DNA of 64,000 nucleotides from Clostridiales bacterium. Its GTDB lineage: Bacteria > Bacillota > Clostridia > Oscillospirales > Acutalibacteraceae. The stretch lies in assembly GCA_036831405.1 (NCBI GenBank), contig DAISMS010000002.1, forward strand, positions 26,202 to 90,201. The letters run 5' to 3'. Every line of letters starts with the position of its first letter. Positions within the stretch are counted from its first letter, which is position 1. Positions 47,612 through 56,249 of this stretch are shown here, one piece after another. The translations under genes were made by a program, and so were the position numbers. The notes beneath the pieces are model-generated. The model was given only the letters and a program-made list of their open reading frames with translations, was not told the origin of the DNA and ran no database searches.

Positions 47612-48484
47612 TTATACAAATTGTTGTCGAAGCGAATCGATAACGCGGACCGCCTGAACCGCCTCGGCGACATCATGCACCCGCAGAATATGCGCACCGT
47701 TCCATACGGCGATGGAATGAATCGCAATAGTGCCCGCAAGCCGCTGATCGGGAGGCGTTTCGACATTACAGCAGGAGGCGATCACCCGCTTGCGGGATGC
47801 CCCCACAAGTAGAGCGGTTTGGGGTAGATCGTACAATAGCTCAGGCAGTCGGGCGACCAGCTGTAGATCTCCCCGACGGTCTTTCCCAAAACCGATGCCC
47901 GGATCCAGACATACCCTTTCGATGGGTAGTCCGGCATTGGCGGCGCGCACAATTGCCTGTTTAAAATAGGATCTGACGGTCTTAATTGCATCGGTGTGAT
48001 GGCCGACATCATCGGCTCCTTCGCCTGCATGCATCATAATCAAGCCCGCCCCGGTTTTGGCAGCCACCTCGGGCATCCCGTTTTCAAGGCTGCCCGAAAC
48101 ATCGTTTATTATCGAAGCCCCGGCAGAAATGGCCGCCGTTGCAACCTCAGGGTAGAATGTATCCACCGAAATCGGCACGGTAATTCTGCCCTTAAGGGCA
48201 GACAAAATCGGGCAAAGCCTTTTCCACTCCTGCTCGGGGGTAACAGGTATATGACCCGGGCGGGTTGATTGCGCACCAATATCAATAATATCGGCACCAT
48301 CCTGCACCATGGCAAGGGCGTGTGATACTGCGGCTTCAGAATCATTATATTTCCCGCCGTCCGAGAAGCTGTCCGGGGTGACATTCAGTATCCCCATAAT
48401 TTTGGTTTGTTTCCCCAGCACCATACTGTCTTTCCCAAAACGGAAAAACGGCATATCATCACTCCTCAATTGCTGTTTTAGCAT
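47612..48484 (-). CDS. folP: dihydropteroate synthase
   Basis: IMGILNVTPDSFSDGG, DIGAQSTRPG and LVGASRK motifs. The exact start is uncertain. Confidence 0.9.
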   Translation of the reverse strand: MLKQQLRSDDMPFFRFGKDSMVLGKQTKIMGILNVTPDSFSDGGKYNDSEAAVSHALAMVQDGADIIDIGAQSTRPGHIPVTPEQEWKRLCPILSALKGRITVPISVDTFYPEVATAAISAGASIINDVSGSLENGMPEVAAKTGAGLIMMHAGEGADDVGHHTDAIKTVRSYFKQAIVRAANAGLPIERVCLDPGIGFGKDRRGDLQLVARLPELLYDLPQTALLVGASRKRVIASCCNVETPPDQRLAGTIAIHSIAVWNGAHILRVHDVAEAVQAVRVIDSLRQQFV

Positions 48485-48646
48485 ATAGACTTAGCGCCTC
48501 CTATTTATAGGAGGCGCATTTTTTGTTTTGACTGTTACGTCAGAAAGTGGGCAATGAAAGTCACTCCAACAAAAAATCCGCAGATTGTGATTTATATGCC
48601 CTCTCTTGAGGAAGTGGTCAGAAAATGACTTTCAAAGTAAAAAACA

Positions 48647-48745
48647 TCTCCCTCAGTCGCCACGGGCGACAGCTCCCTCCTTGAGGGAGCCGAGGTTTCC
48701 CTCAAGGAGGGAGGTGCAGGCAGAAGCCCGACGGAGGGGAGTTTT
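48647..48745. repeat. GC-rich nested-palindrome element just downstream of pyrG
   Basis: GTCGCC-acg-GGCGAC, then CTCCCTCCTTGAGGGA (48673-48688) pairing with TCCCTCAAGGAGGGAG (48698-48713). The 60-aa track ORF here is probably just its translation. Confidence 0.5.
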
Positions 48746-48774
48746 TCTATAAAGATGGGTCGGTGCGTGGTCAT

Positions 48775-50379
48775 CTAACGGGATTTTTGGTTTTTTAAAG
48801 CGGCAGCTATCAGACCGCGGAACAGCGGATGGGGGCGGTTTGGACGGGACTTAAACTCAGGATGGAATTGGCAGCCCACAAACCACGGATGATCGGCAAT
48901 TTCGATCATCTCGACGATATGCTTGTCCGGTGAAATACCCGCAAGGATTATGCCGCTCTTTTCGATCTCTTCCCGGTAGTCGTTATTAAGCTCATAACGG
49001 TGGCGGTGACGCTCATAAATGAGCTCCTCACCATAATCCTGATATGCTTTTGAGTTAATATCAAGAACACAGGGATACTTGCCCCGCCGCATTGTACCTC
49101 CGAGCTGATTCACATTCAGCTGATCCGGCATAAGATTAATGATGGGATGGGTTGTGGTGGGATCGATTTCGCTTGAATTTGCATCGGCATATCCCAGAAC
49201 ATTGCGGGCAAACTCAATCACTGCCACCTGCATGCCGAGGCATATTCCGAGATATGGAAGTTTGTTTTCTCTTGCATACCGAGCCGCTGCAATTTTACCG
49301 TCAATGCCGCGTTTTCCAAATCCGCCTGGCACAAGAATTCCATCTACATCGCAGAAGGTTTGGGCTGCGTTTTCCCATGTTACCTTTTCGGAGTCTATCC
49401 ATTTTATATTTACAGCTGAATCACTTGGAATGCCGCCATGCTTAAGCGCCTCGGCGATACTGAGGTATGCATCGCGCAGCTCAATATACTTGCCGACCAG
49501 CGCAATGGTTACGCTCTCTTTTGGGTAGCGAAGTGCTTCAACCATGCTTGTCCACTCTGTCAAGTCAAGTTTCAGCTCGTCAAGACCGAAGTGGCGGCAG
49601 ACGATATGTGCAAGTCCCTCTTGTTCTAGCACAAGAGGGGCTTCATATAACAGCGGAACATCACAGTTGGCTATAACGCAGTCCTTTTGGACATTGCAGA
49701 AAAGAGCAATTTTATCCTTAATATCCTGTGACAATTGGTTTTCTGCCCGGCATACAATGATATCGGGCTGGATACCAAGTGAAAGCAACTCCTTGACAGA
49801 ATGCTGTGTGGGTTTGGTTTTCATTTCCTGGGATGCTGCAATATAAGGAACGAGCGTCACATGCAGAAACAGGCAGTTTGCACGTCCGTGCTGAATGCTG
49901 AACTGGCGGATGGCCTCAAGAAAGGGCAGGCCTTCAATATCTCCTACCGTTCCCCCAATTTCTATAATATGAACATCATATTTATCAGAATCCAGGGCAA
50001 TCCGCCTTTTTATTTCATCGGTGATATGCGGAATAACCTGAACGGTGCCGCCGTTATAGTCGCCGTTGCGTTCCTTTTGCAGAACATTCCAGTAAACCTT
50101 TCCGGAGGTGACCGAGCTATTTTGGCTCAGACTGATGTCAATAAAACGTTCGTAGTGGCCAAGATCGAGGTCGGTCTCAGCGCCGTCGTCCGTAACAAAC
50201 ACCTCACCATGCTGTATCGGGTTCATGGTGCCCGGATCAATATTGAGATAGGGATCCAGCTTCTTTACAGACACACTGAGCCCCCTACATTTAAGAAGTC
50301 TACCGAGTGAAGCCGCAGTAATTCCCTTGCCAAGACCAGATACCACGCCTCCGGTTACAAAAACATACTTTGATGCCAT
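48775..50379 (-). CDS. pyrG: CTP synthase
   Basis: [24 protein letters not shown]-terminus and the GICLGMQ glutaminase Cys. Confidence 0.95.
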   Translation of the reverse strand: MASKYVFVTGGVVSGLGKGITAASLGRLLKCRGLSVSVKKLDPYLNIDPGTMNPIQHGEVFVTDDGAETDLDLGHYERFIDISLSQNSSVTSGKVYWNVLQKERNGDYNGGTVQVIPHITDEIKRRIALDSDKYDVHIIEIGGTVGDIEGLPFLEAIRQFSIQHGRANCLFLHVTLVPYIAASQEMKTKPTQHSVKELLSLGIQPDIIVCRAENQLSQDIKDKIALFCNVQKDCVIANCDVPLLYEAPLVLEQEGLAHIVCRHFGLDELKLDLTEWTSMVEALRYPKESVTIALVGKYIELRDAYLSIAEALKHGGIPSDSAVNIKWIDSEKVTWENAAQTFCDVDGILVPGGFGKRGIDGKIAAARYARENKLPYLGICLGMQVAVIEFARNVLGYADANSSEIDPTTTHPIINLMPDQLNVNQLGGTMRRGKYPCVLDINSKAYQDYGEELIYERHRHRYELNNDYREEIEKSGIILAGISPDKHIVEMIEIADHPWFVGCQFHPEFKSRPNRPHPLFRGLIAAALKNQKSR

Positions 50380-50528
50380 AAAAATATCAATTCCTCTCTT
50401 GTTGATCTTTCGGTGGATTCAGCCGCATACAACCACCGGAATACAACCGGTGTATGTTGAATTTTAATCTCTGGATTTAATATAAACTTTGGGGGTTAAT
50501 ACCCAACCACTTGCCGGGGAAGGCTCAT

Positions 50529-51299
50529 TTAAAGCACAGGACGCACAGGGATTCCACGCGCCCCAAGATACCCCTTCAGTTCCGGAATATCCACCTCATG
50601 ATAATGGAAGAGGGATGCAGCAAGGACAGCGTCTGCTTTGCCAATCAAAAAAGCATCGGCAAAATGCTGCATGCTGCCCGCCCCGCCCGAAGCGATTACC
50701 GGGATTCGCGCCCTGCCTGAAACCGCCGCAGTAAGTGCAAGATCATAGCCTTTTTTGGTTCCGTCACAGTCCATGCTGGTTAGCAAAATTTCACCGGCAC
50801 CCAGCCGCTCAACCCTTTCTGCCCATTCCAGCGCGTCAAGCCCGGTATTGATTCTGCCGCCGTTTTTATACACATCCCAGCCCGAACCGTCGCTGTGGCT
50901 GCGAGCGTCAATTGCAACAACAACGCATTGGCTGCCAAATTTTTCAGCCGCCTCGGAGATTAACTCGGGGCGTTCAATTGCAGCCGAGTTGATTGATACC
51001 TTATCCGCACCGCATAAAAGCACCTCTCGGAAATCCTCAACACTGCGTATCCCGCCCCCAACAGTAAAAGGGATAGAAAGATGTTCCGCCACGCGGGATG
51101 CAAGCGCGATAACCGTCGTACGCTGTTCGTGGGAAGCAGTAATATCAAGAAATACAACCTCATCGGCACCTGATTCCGAATATGCCGCCGCCACCTCCAC
51201 GGGATCACCAGCATCACGCAGGCTGACAAAATTGACTCCTTTTACAACCCGCCCGTTTTTGATGTCCAAGCAGGGTATAATCCGTTTTGCATACATCAT
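50529..51299 (-). CDS. hisF: imidazole glycerol phosphate synthase, cyclase subunit
   Basis: [17 protein letters not shown] and a (beta/alpha)8 pattern. ATGA overlap with the hisH stop. Confidence 0.9.
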   Translation of the reverse strand: MMYAKRIIPCLDIKNGRVVKGVNFVSLRDAGDPVEVAAAYSESGADEVVFLDITASHEQRTTVIALASRVAEHLSIPFTVGGGIRSVEDFREVLLCGADKVSINSAAIERPELISEAAEKFGSQCVVVAIDARSHSDGSGWDVYKNGGRINTGLDALEWAERVERLGAGEILLTSMDCDGTKKGYDLALTAAVSGRARIPVIASGGAGSMQHFADAFLIGKADAVLAASLFHYHEVDIPELKGYLGARGIPVRPVL

Positions 51300-51919
51300 T
51301 CCGCCTCCCCGACAGTACACATAGCAGCAAAATTTTTCAATATAATCTGCCCCGTTCTTCCGGATTTTTCAGGATGGAACTGTAGACCCATCACATTTCC
51401 CCGCTGAATCGCAGAGTGAAACAAACCCCCGTATTCGGTTTCTGCCAGAACATCATCGCGGTGCTTGGCGTGGCAGGCGAAGGAATGAACGAAATAGGTA
51501 TAAGGGAAAGGGGGAAGCCCTTTGAAAAGAGGACTTTCCTTTACAGCGTTTAGGCTGTTCCATCCCATGTGGGGGATTTTCAGCCCGCATTCCGGAAGCC
51601 GACGGACAAATCCCGAGATTAGACCCAGCCCTTTCATGTCGGCACCCTCCTCACTCCCATCAAAAAGAGCTTGCATGCCGAGACATATCCCGAGAAACGG
51701 ACGCCCCGAAGCCGCAAACTCCAGAATGGTCGGTATCAGTCGGCTGCGGTCAAGCGCCGACATTGCATCCCCAAACGCACCCACCCCGGGCAGAATCACA
51801 CCATCCGAAGCCGAGATTTCGGCTGCATCTCCGGTTACCTTAGCCCTTGCACCCGCCCTGAGAATACCCATCTCAACGCTGCGAAGATTGCCCGCACCAT
51901 AATCGATTATAGCAATCAA
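51296..51919 (-). CDS. hisH: imidazole glycerol phosphate synthase, glutaminase subunit
   Basis: [22 protein letters not shown] and FHPEKS triad motifs. Confidence 0.9.
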   Translation of the reverse strand: MIAIIDYGAGNLRSVEMGILRAGARAKVTGDAAEISASDGVILPGVGAFGDAMSALDRSRLIPTILEFAASGRPFLGICLGMQALFDGSEEGADMKGLGLISGFVRRLPECGLKIPHMGWNSLNAVKESPLFKGLPPFPYTYFVHSFACHAKHRDDVLAETEYGGLFHSAIQRGNVMGLQFHPEKSGRTGQIILKNFAAMCTVGEAE

Positions 51920-52172
51920 CGCGGCATCCTCCGTTTCAATCTATAAAATCATCAAATTATAAAACTATTCACATATTCTATCACATATCCTGAAAGTAAA
52001 TCAATACCTAAATACAGTTGAGAATCAGATAATTTCCCAGAGTTTGCGGCGGCTTTTTAAATGTGATAAAAATTCACATAAAATTGACGAAAAATGTCGA
52101 ATTTAGTATTATTGATATAATATACAACAAATGGGGGAAATGGCAAATATACGTCGCGGGAGAGAATGTCTT

Positions 52173-53180
52173 ATGAGATTTCTAAGGCTTCTGATTGTTA
52201 TTTTTCTGCTGGGAACATTGCTTTCATTTTGTTATACTGCCTCTGCTCAGGGGATTAGCCTGATGTCAGAAAACACGTTGGACTGGACTTCTGTTGATGC
52301 AGTCTTATTTGGGGAGGTGTCCAATGCAGCGCTTTGGATTTCAAACAGCGTTTGGAAATTCGGGAACACTGCCGGATTATGGCCGGGAATGAAGCATATA
52401 CTTGGTGACGAGATTATATTTAACATAAATACTGACCGAATTGCTTATGATTTTACACCTTTTGTTCAGACAAGCTTTCATATTTTTTTCAAAAGCAGTA
52501 CGGGAGAGTCCCAGACAGTGGTTATCAACCCTGTAGTTCACGGTGCGACCATTGACCCTGCTACTGGTGACATTCAAGCATCATCAATTCCGCTTAAGGG
52601 TGAACTCTCACTTCGGGGGCTGACAACCGGAATGTACAACGGCAAGAGCTATGAAGGCAAGGATATCAGCGAATTTGCAAATACCAAGGGGGATATATAC
52701 ATCACCGGTATTTGCATTTTTATTATAGGTACATCAGAGAAAACAGTTGACGTGAGAGCCCTTTCAGTAGTAGATCCTGTAATAACAAATACTAGGTCTA
52801 CAACCACAACAAGGATAAAGCTTTCAACAAGTACGGCAAGTAAAACAGTCACTCAGAGGGGCAACAAAACCACCCGAAACACAACAAAAAAAGCCGCGCG
52901 CATCACCACAACCAGTCAAAGTAAAGCGACAGGCGATATTTCTTACAATATTTCGAGTGGTTTCATAAAGGATGAACCGAAAACTGTACCCCAAGGCGAT
53001 CACCCGCCGAATGCGGTATCTTCCGATACCAGCCGGGCATCAAGAATTATAAATTCTCATTCAAATGAAAGCAAAAACCGAGATAGAAAACGAGCCGTGT
53101 TGGTGCTCGGATGTCCCATCCTGGTTACAGCCTGTTTTCTGTTTATCAGAAGAAAGCCCGAACAAAAGAACGGTAATTGA
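52173..53180 (+). CDS. secreted, C-terminally membrane-anchored protein with a Thr/Ser-rich stalk
   Basis: Signal peptide from ATG 52173 (MRFLRLLIVIFLLGTLLSF..ASAQG), a roughly 200-aa globular part, a T/S/K-rich low-complexity stalk, and a terminal TM plus RRK. Confidence 0.55.
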   Translation: MRFLRLLIVIFLLGTLLSFCYTASAQGISLMSENTLDWTSVDAVLFGEVSNAALWISNSVWKFGNTAGLWPGMKHILGDEIIFNINTDRIAYDFTPFVQTSFHIFFKSSTGESQTVVINPVVHGATIDPATGDIQASSIPLKGELSLRGLTTGMYNGKSYEGKDISEFANTKGDIYITGICIFIIGTSEKTVDVRALSVVDPVITNTRSTTTTRIKLSTSTASKTVTQRGNKTTRNTTKKAARITTTSQSKATGDISYNISSGFIKDEPKTVPQGDHPPNAVSSDTSRASRIINSHSNESKNRDRKRAVLVLGCPILVTACFLFIRRKPEQKNGN

Positions 53181-53234
53181 AAATAAAACCTGCAAAGTGT
53201 GTAATACTATTAATCGATGAAGGAGGGATTACAC

Positions 53235-53387
53235 ATGGCAAAGGCGGGTATGCGCCGACCTGACCCGGAAGAGCCCCACGGAACCGAAACCCATCAGCGA
53301 AACCATTTCAAAAAAAACACGGTTCACCCTGTACCCGAAATTCAGGGCAAGGCAAAAAAAGGGAAGAAAAAAGCAAAACCGTTATAG
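53235..53387 (+). CDS. small basic protein (50 aa), not on the ORF track
   Basis: GAAGGAGGgattacacATG; MAKAGMRRPDPEEPHGTETHQRNHFKKNTVHPVPEIQGKAKKGKKKAKPL. The stop is followed at once by a 12-bp-stem terminator. Confidence 0.55.
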   Translation: MAKAGMRRPDPEEPHGTETHQRNHFKKNTVHPVPEIQGKAKKGKKKAKPL

Positions 53388-53388
53388 T

Positions 53389-53422
53389 CAATACCACCGG
53401 CTTAGCTTAGCCGGTGGTATTG
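53389..53422. terminator. bidirectional hairpin between convergent genes
   Basis: CAATACCACCGG-cttagcttag-CCGGTGGTATTG. Confidence 0.7.
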
Positions 53423-53423
53423 G

Positions 53424-54320
53424 CTATCTGGTTTTGACCGACTCAGGGCTCAATTTCCTGGGGGCTTCCAGCATTTCACGTCCAACAGATACAGTACCGT
53501 CTTTTTTAATGAAATACGCCCATTTGGCAAGCATAATTTCGCCGCCTGCAATCTCAATACAGGTGATGCAGCGGGGATGCACACAGCTTCCGTCATTATA
53601 ATAGGCGGGTTCTTCTGCCGAAGGAAACACCGGTCGATGTGTATGCCCCGCAATCAACATGCAGTCTCCTTTTTTTACCCAATCTATCAGCTTACGTTCA
53701 ACCGAGATCCGCCTCTTATAGTTTTTGGCCGCACTGGTCGGGTCACGTACGCCGATTGCTTCGAGTGGTTTCCAGACGTATCTGACAAGAAAACGCGATA
53801 TCATCCAAAGATTGTAATTAAGAAAATCGGCCTGATGCCCGTGAATCAGCAGTATTTCTTGATTGCTGTTCTCGTGCTTTAGAACCAATGATTCAGGAAA
53901 TTGAATACCTGGACAACAAGCACACATGCAATTCTTACGGGAATCAAAAATTGTATCCAGGCATTTCGTTTTTTTTGGATTTCTTTTTTCCATATCATGA
54001 TTTCCGAAAAGCATATGAAGACGGTTTTTTGAATAAAATCGGGAAAATAAACGATATATATTGCGGTAGGTATCCACAATATCCTGCAGCCTTTTGTTTT
54101 CCCAAAGTTCATCCCCGTCTCCAAGCTCAATATACGTGAAACCGCTATCATAATAATGGTTTAGTGCGTGGTAATAAAGTCCCTGGTTTTTTGCAAAATT
54201 ATCCGCCCAGCTTCCTTCTCCTCTGTGACAGTCGCTGAATATGACGATTTTAGAGCGGTTGTTAAAAGGAATACGGGCGGCAGTTTCATACAGCTTATTC
54301 AGACGATTGTTGATTGTCAT
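53424..54320 (-). CDS. calcineurin-like metallophosphoesterase (paralog)
   Basis: IFSDCHRGEG, ELGDGDELW, GNHD, IHGHQADF and GHTHRP. Its start overlaps the upstream gene by 26 nt. Confidence 0.75.
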   Translation of the reverse strand: MTINNRLNKLYETAARIPFNNRSKIVIFSDCHRGEGSWADNFAKNQGLYYHALNHYYDSGFTYIELGDGDELWENKRLQDIVDTYRNIYRLFSRFYSKNRLHMLFGNHDMEKRNPKKTKCLDTIFDSRKNCMCACCPGIQFPESLVLKHENSNQEILLIHGHQADFLNYNLWMISRFLVRYVWKPLEAIGVRDPTSAAKNYKRRISVERKLIDWVKKGDCMLIAGHTHRPVFPSAEEPAYYNDGSCVHPRCITCIEIAGGEIMLAKWAYFIKKDGTVSVGREMLEAPRKLSPESVKTR

Positions 54321-55269
54321 TGGCAGCTTCCCTCTCTCTCTTCAGTTTGTTAAGAGATTGGAACAACTCCCTCTGCTTACCGAAATGAATTGCCATATTG
54401 TACAATTCTTCATTCTCTTGGCGCAGGGCGTTGAGTTTATCGGTGATCGAATTGAAAGGAGCGGTTATTCTCTGGTAGATTTCGCAGAATTCTCTATTTC
54501 TGCTCTGTGTCAGACTGTCTGTGATTTTGGTTCTGGTAAGTGGCTGTGAAGTGTGTGGCGTTCCGTAATAAATCGCAACCATATCTCGTTTTACACGGTA
54601 TTCCTGCGGGCTGTATCCGGCCTCACGCAGTCCTTTCAAAAAGGCGTCACGCATTTCTAAATCCTTAAAAGTCAGACGAATGATCATAGAAAGTTCTTCA
54701 GGTTGCGAGAACTCTCCGAGTACAAATCCGGTCAGCCACCAATGCTTTTCGTGGCGGGTAAAAAGGGGGTGGCTGTTTTTGTATAAGGTCTGATATATAT
54801 CTAATCGCTCATCATCAGAAACACATTTATAAAGTCTTCCGTTCCAGTCGATCAGTTCGGTATCATCGCTGTCTGTGCAATAGATACCTACCTCTCCGCC
54901 TGTGGTCATACCGTATTGGCCCTTCCAGAATTGTATCAGCCAATGCCTGCCGTCATAATCAAAGTAGATGGGTTCGGCATCTATAATCATACTTAAGGTT
55001 GCCATAGCTTCATCGTAAAATCTACAGTAGCCGAAGTCTCTCTGCCATGGATTCATGAGGGAATAAAATATATCTTGGCTCTCATCATATGCGAAACCGG
55101 TAAACTCGATTGCTTCATTCAGTTCCGGAATGGTCGAAAAAAGCGGCACGGGTTTTCCTGCAATGGAGGCAGTTTTTTTATGCTTGCGGTTTATAATAAT
55201 AGACAGAACGATTATAACAAGTGCGGATGCTCCGATAAACACGCCTGTCCAGACCGGGTCCATGGTCAA
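54295..55269 (-). CDS. N-terminally anchored membrane protein (DUF4474-like by recollection)
   Basis: One N-terminal TM helix. The FAYDESQDIFYS...WQRDFGYCRFYDEA...FDYDGRHWLIQFWKGQYGMTTGGEVGIY block resembles what I recall of DUF4474. Confidence 0.5.
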   Translation of the reverse strand: MTMDPVWTGVFIGASALVIIVLSIIINRKHKKTASIAGKPVPLFSTIPELNEAIEFTGFAYDESQDIFYSLMNPWQRDFGYCRFYDEAMATLSMIIDAEPIYFDYDGRHWLIQFWKGQYGMTTGGEVGIYCTDSDDTELIDWNGRLYKCVSDDERLDIYQTLYKNSHPLFTRHEKHWWLTGFVLGEFSQPEELSMIIRLTFKDLEMRDAFLKGLREAGYSPQEYRVKRDMVAIYYGTPHTSQPLTRTKITDSLTQSRNREFCEIYQRITAPFNSITDKLNALRQENEELYNMAIHFGKQRELFQSLNKLKREREAANDNQQSSE

Positions 55270-55385
55270 CAGATATTCCTCCTTTCTTTTTACTTCATTC
55301 TATGCGTAAGGAGGAGTATCTGTTATAATGGAAACAGGATAAAATTTTAGATATAGCAGAATATAAAACTCTGAGGAGGAAAGAA

Positions 55386-55706
55386 ATGCATATTACAACA
55401 ACACCATCAATCGAAGGCAAAAAAATTGTTGAATACAAAGGCATTGTTTTTGGCGAGGTGGTATCCGGTGTAGACTTTGTCAAGGATTTTGCCGCCGGGC
55501 TGTCAAACTTTTTTGGAGGCCGTTCGGGCAGTTATGAGGATGAGCTGACACGTGCCAGGGAAAATGCACTGCGCGAGATGGAACAGCGCGCCTATCAGCT
55601 TGGAGCAAACGCCGTTGTAGGTGTCGATATTGACTATGAGGTTCTTGGCACAAATAATGGCATGCTGATGGTTTCGGCATCCGGAACCGCCGTACGCATA
55701 GAGTAG
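55386..55706 (+). CDS. YbjQ/UPF0145-family protein
   Basis: [23 protein letters not shown]...G......F..G...GGRS..YE......AR..A...M...[15 protein letters not shown]. Confidence 0.85.
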   Translation: MHITTTPSIEGKKIVEYKGIVFGEVVSGVDFVKDFAAGLSNFFGGRSGSYEDELTRARENALREMEQRAYQLGANAVVGVDIDYEVLGTNNGMLMVSASGTAVRIE

Positions 55707-55780
55707 GAAGCTGACGGAGGGAGAATAAACCAAGTGATTCAGATTTACAGCCCGTTTTTAATGTAGAGGGTGACTACGAT

Positions 55781-56109
55781 ATGGAATTACCAAAACGAAA
55801 ATCCAATCGGTTAAATGGATATGATTACAGTAAAAACGGAGCCTATTTTGTTACAATATGTACGAATAACCGTGAAATATTATTTGGTGATGTAGGGGCG
55901 GAAATTGTGCAATCGTTTAAGCGGTACTCAACCATTGAATATATTAAAATGGTCAAGCAGGGATTATTGCCGCCCTTTGAAAAACATATTTGGCAACGGT
56001 CGTTCACGACCATATTATTCGCAATGACGAGGACTATCAAAAAATATGGGAATACATTGATACAAACCCGGTGAAATGGGAGCAAGATTGTTTTTATATA
56101 AAAACATAA
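55781..56109 (+). pseudogene. decayed REP-associated / IS200-like Y1 transposase (RAYT-like)
   Basis: The N-terminus KRKSNRLNGYDYSKNGAYFVTICTNNREILFG is typical. After WQRSF the frame breaks near 56003-56005. The +1 frame continues HDHIIRNDEDYQKIWEYIDTNPVKW to TAA 56109. The HUH-containing middle part appears to be missing. Confidence 0.65.
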
Positions 56110-56176
56110 AATATGCAAGAGAAATATGGATTGTAAAAACATCATTGGCATCTTTCCGTTACTTATTTACATAAAC

Positions 56177-56206
56177 AAAAAGGCGGGATGCCACATCCCG
56201 CCTTTT
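56177..56206. terminator. bidirectional intrinsic terminator
   Basis: AAAAAGGCGGGATG-ccac-ATCCCGCCTTTTT. Confidence 0.75.
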
Positions 56207-56249
56207 TATGTGCCCGGCTTGGGCGGTTAAGTCTGATTTGCCCCCCGGC

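Noticed and set aside
48592-48774. 60-aa ORF downstream of pyrG.
   Set aside because: It coincides with a nested palindrome and gives a low-complexity translation. It is more likely structured non-coding DNA or RNA than a gene.
50380-50528. A pyrG attenuator, as in Bacillus (reiterative-transcription leader).
   Set aside because: I looked for a hairpin followed by a U-run upstream of the pyrG start. I found only a short CACCGG/CCGGTG stem with no U-run, so I cannot support it.
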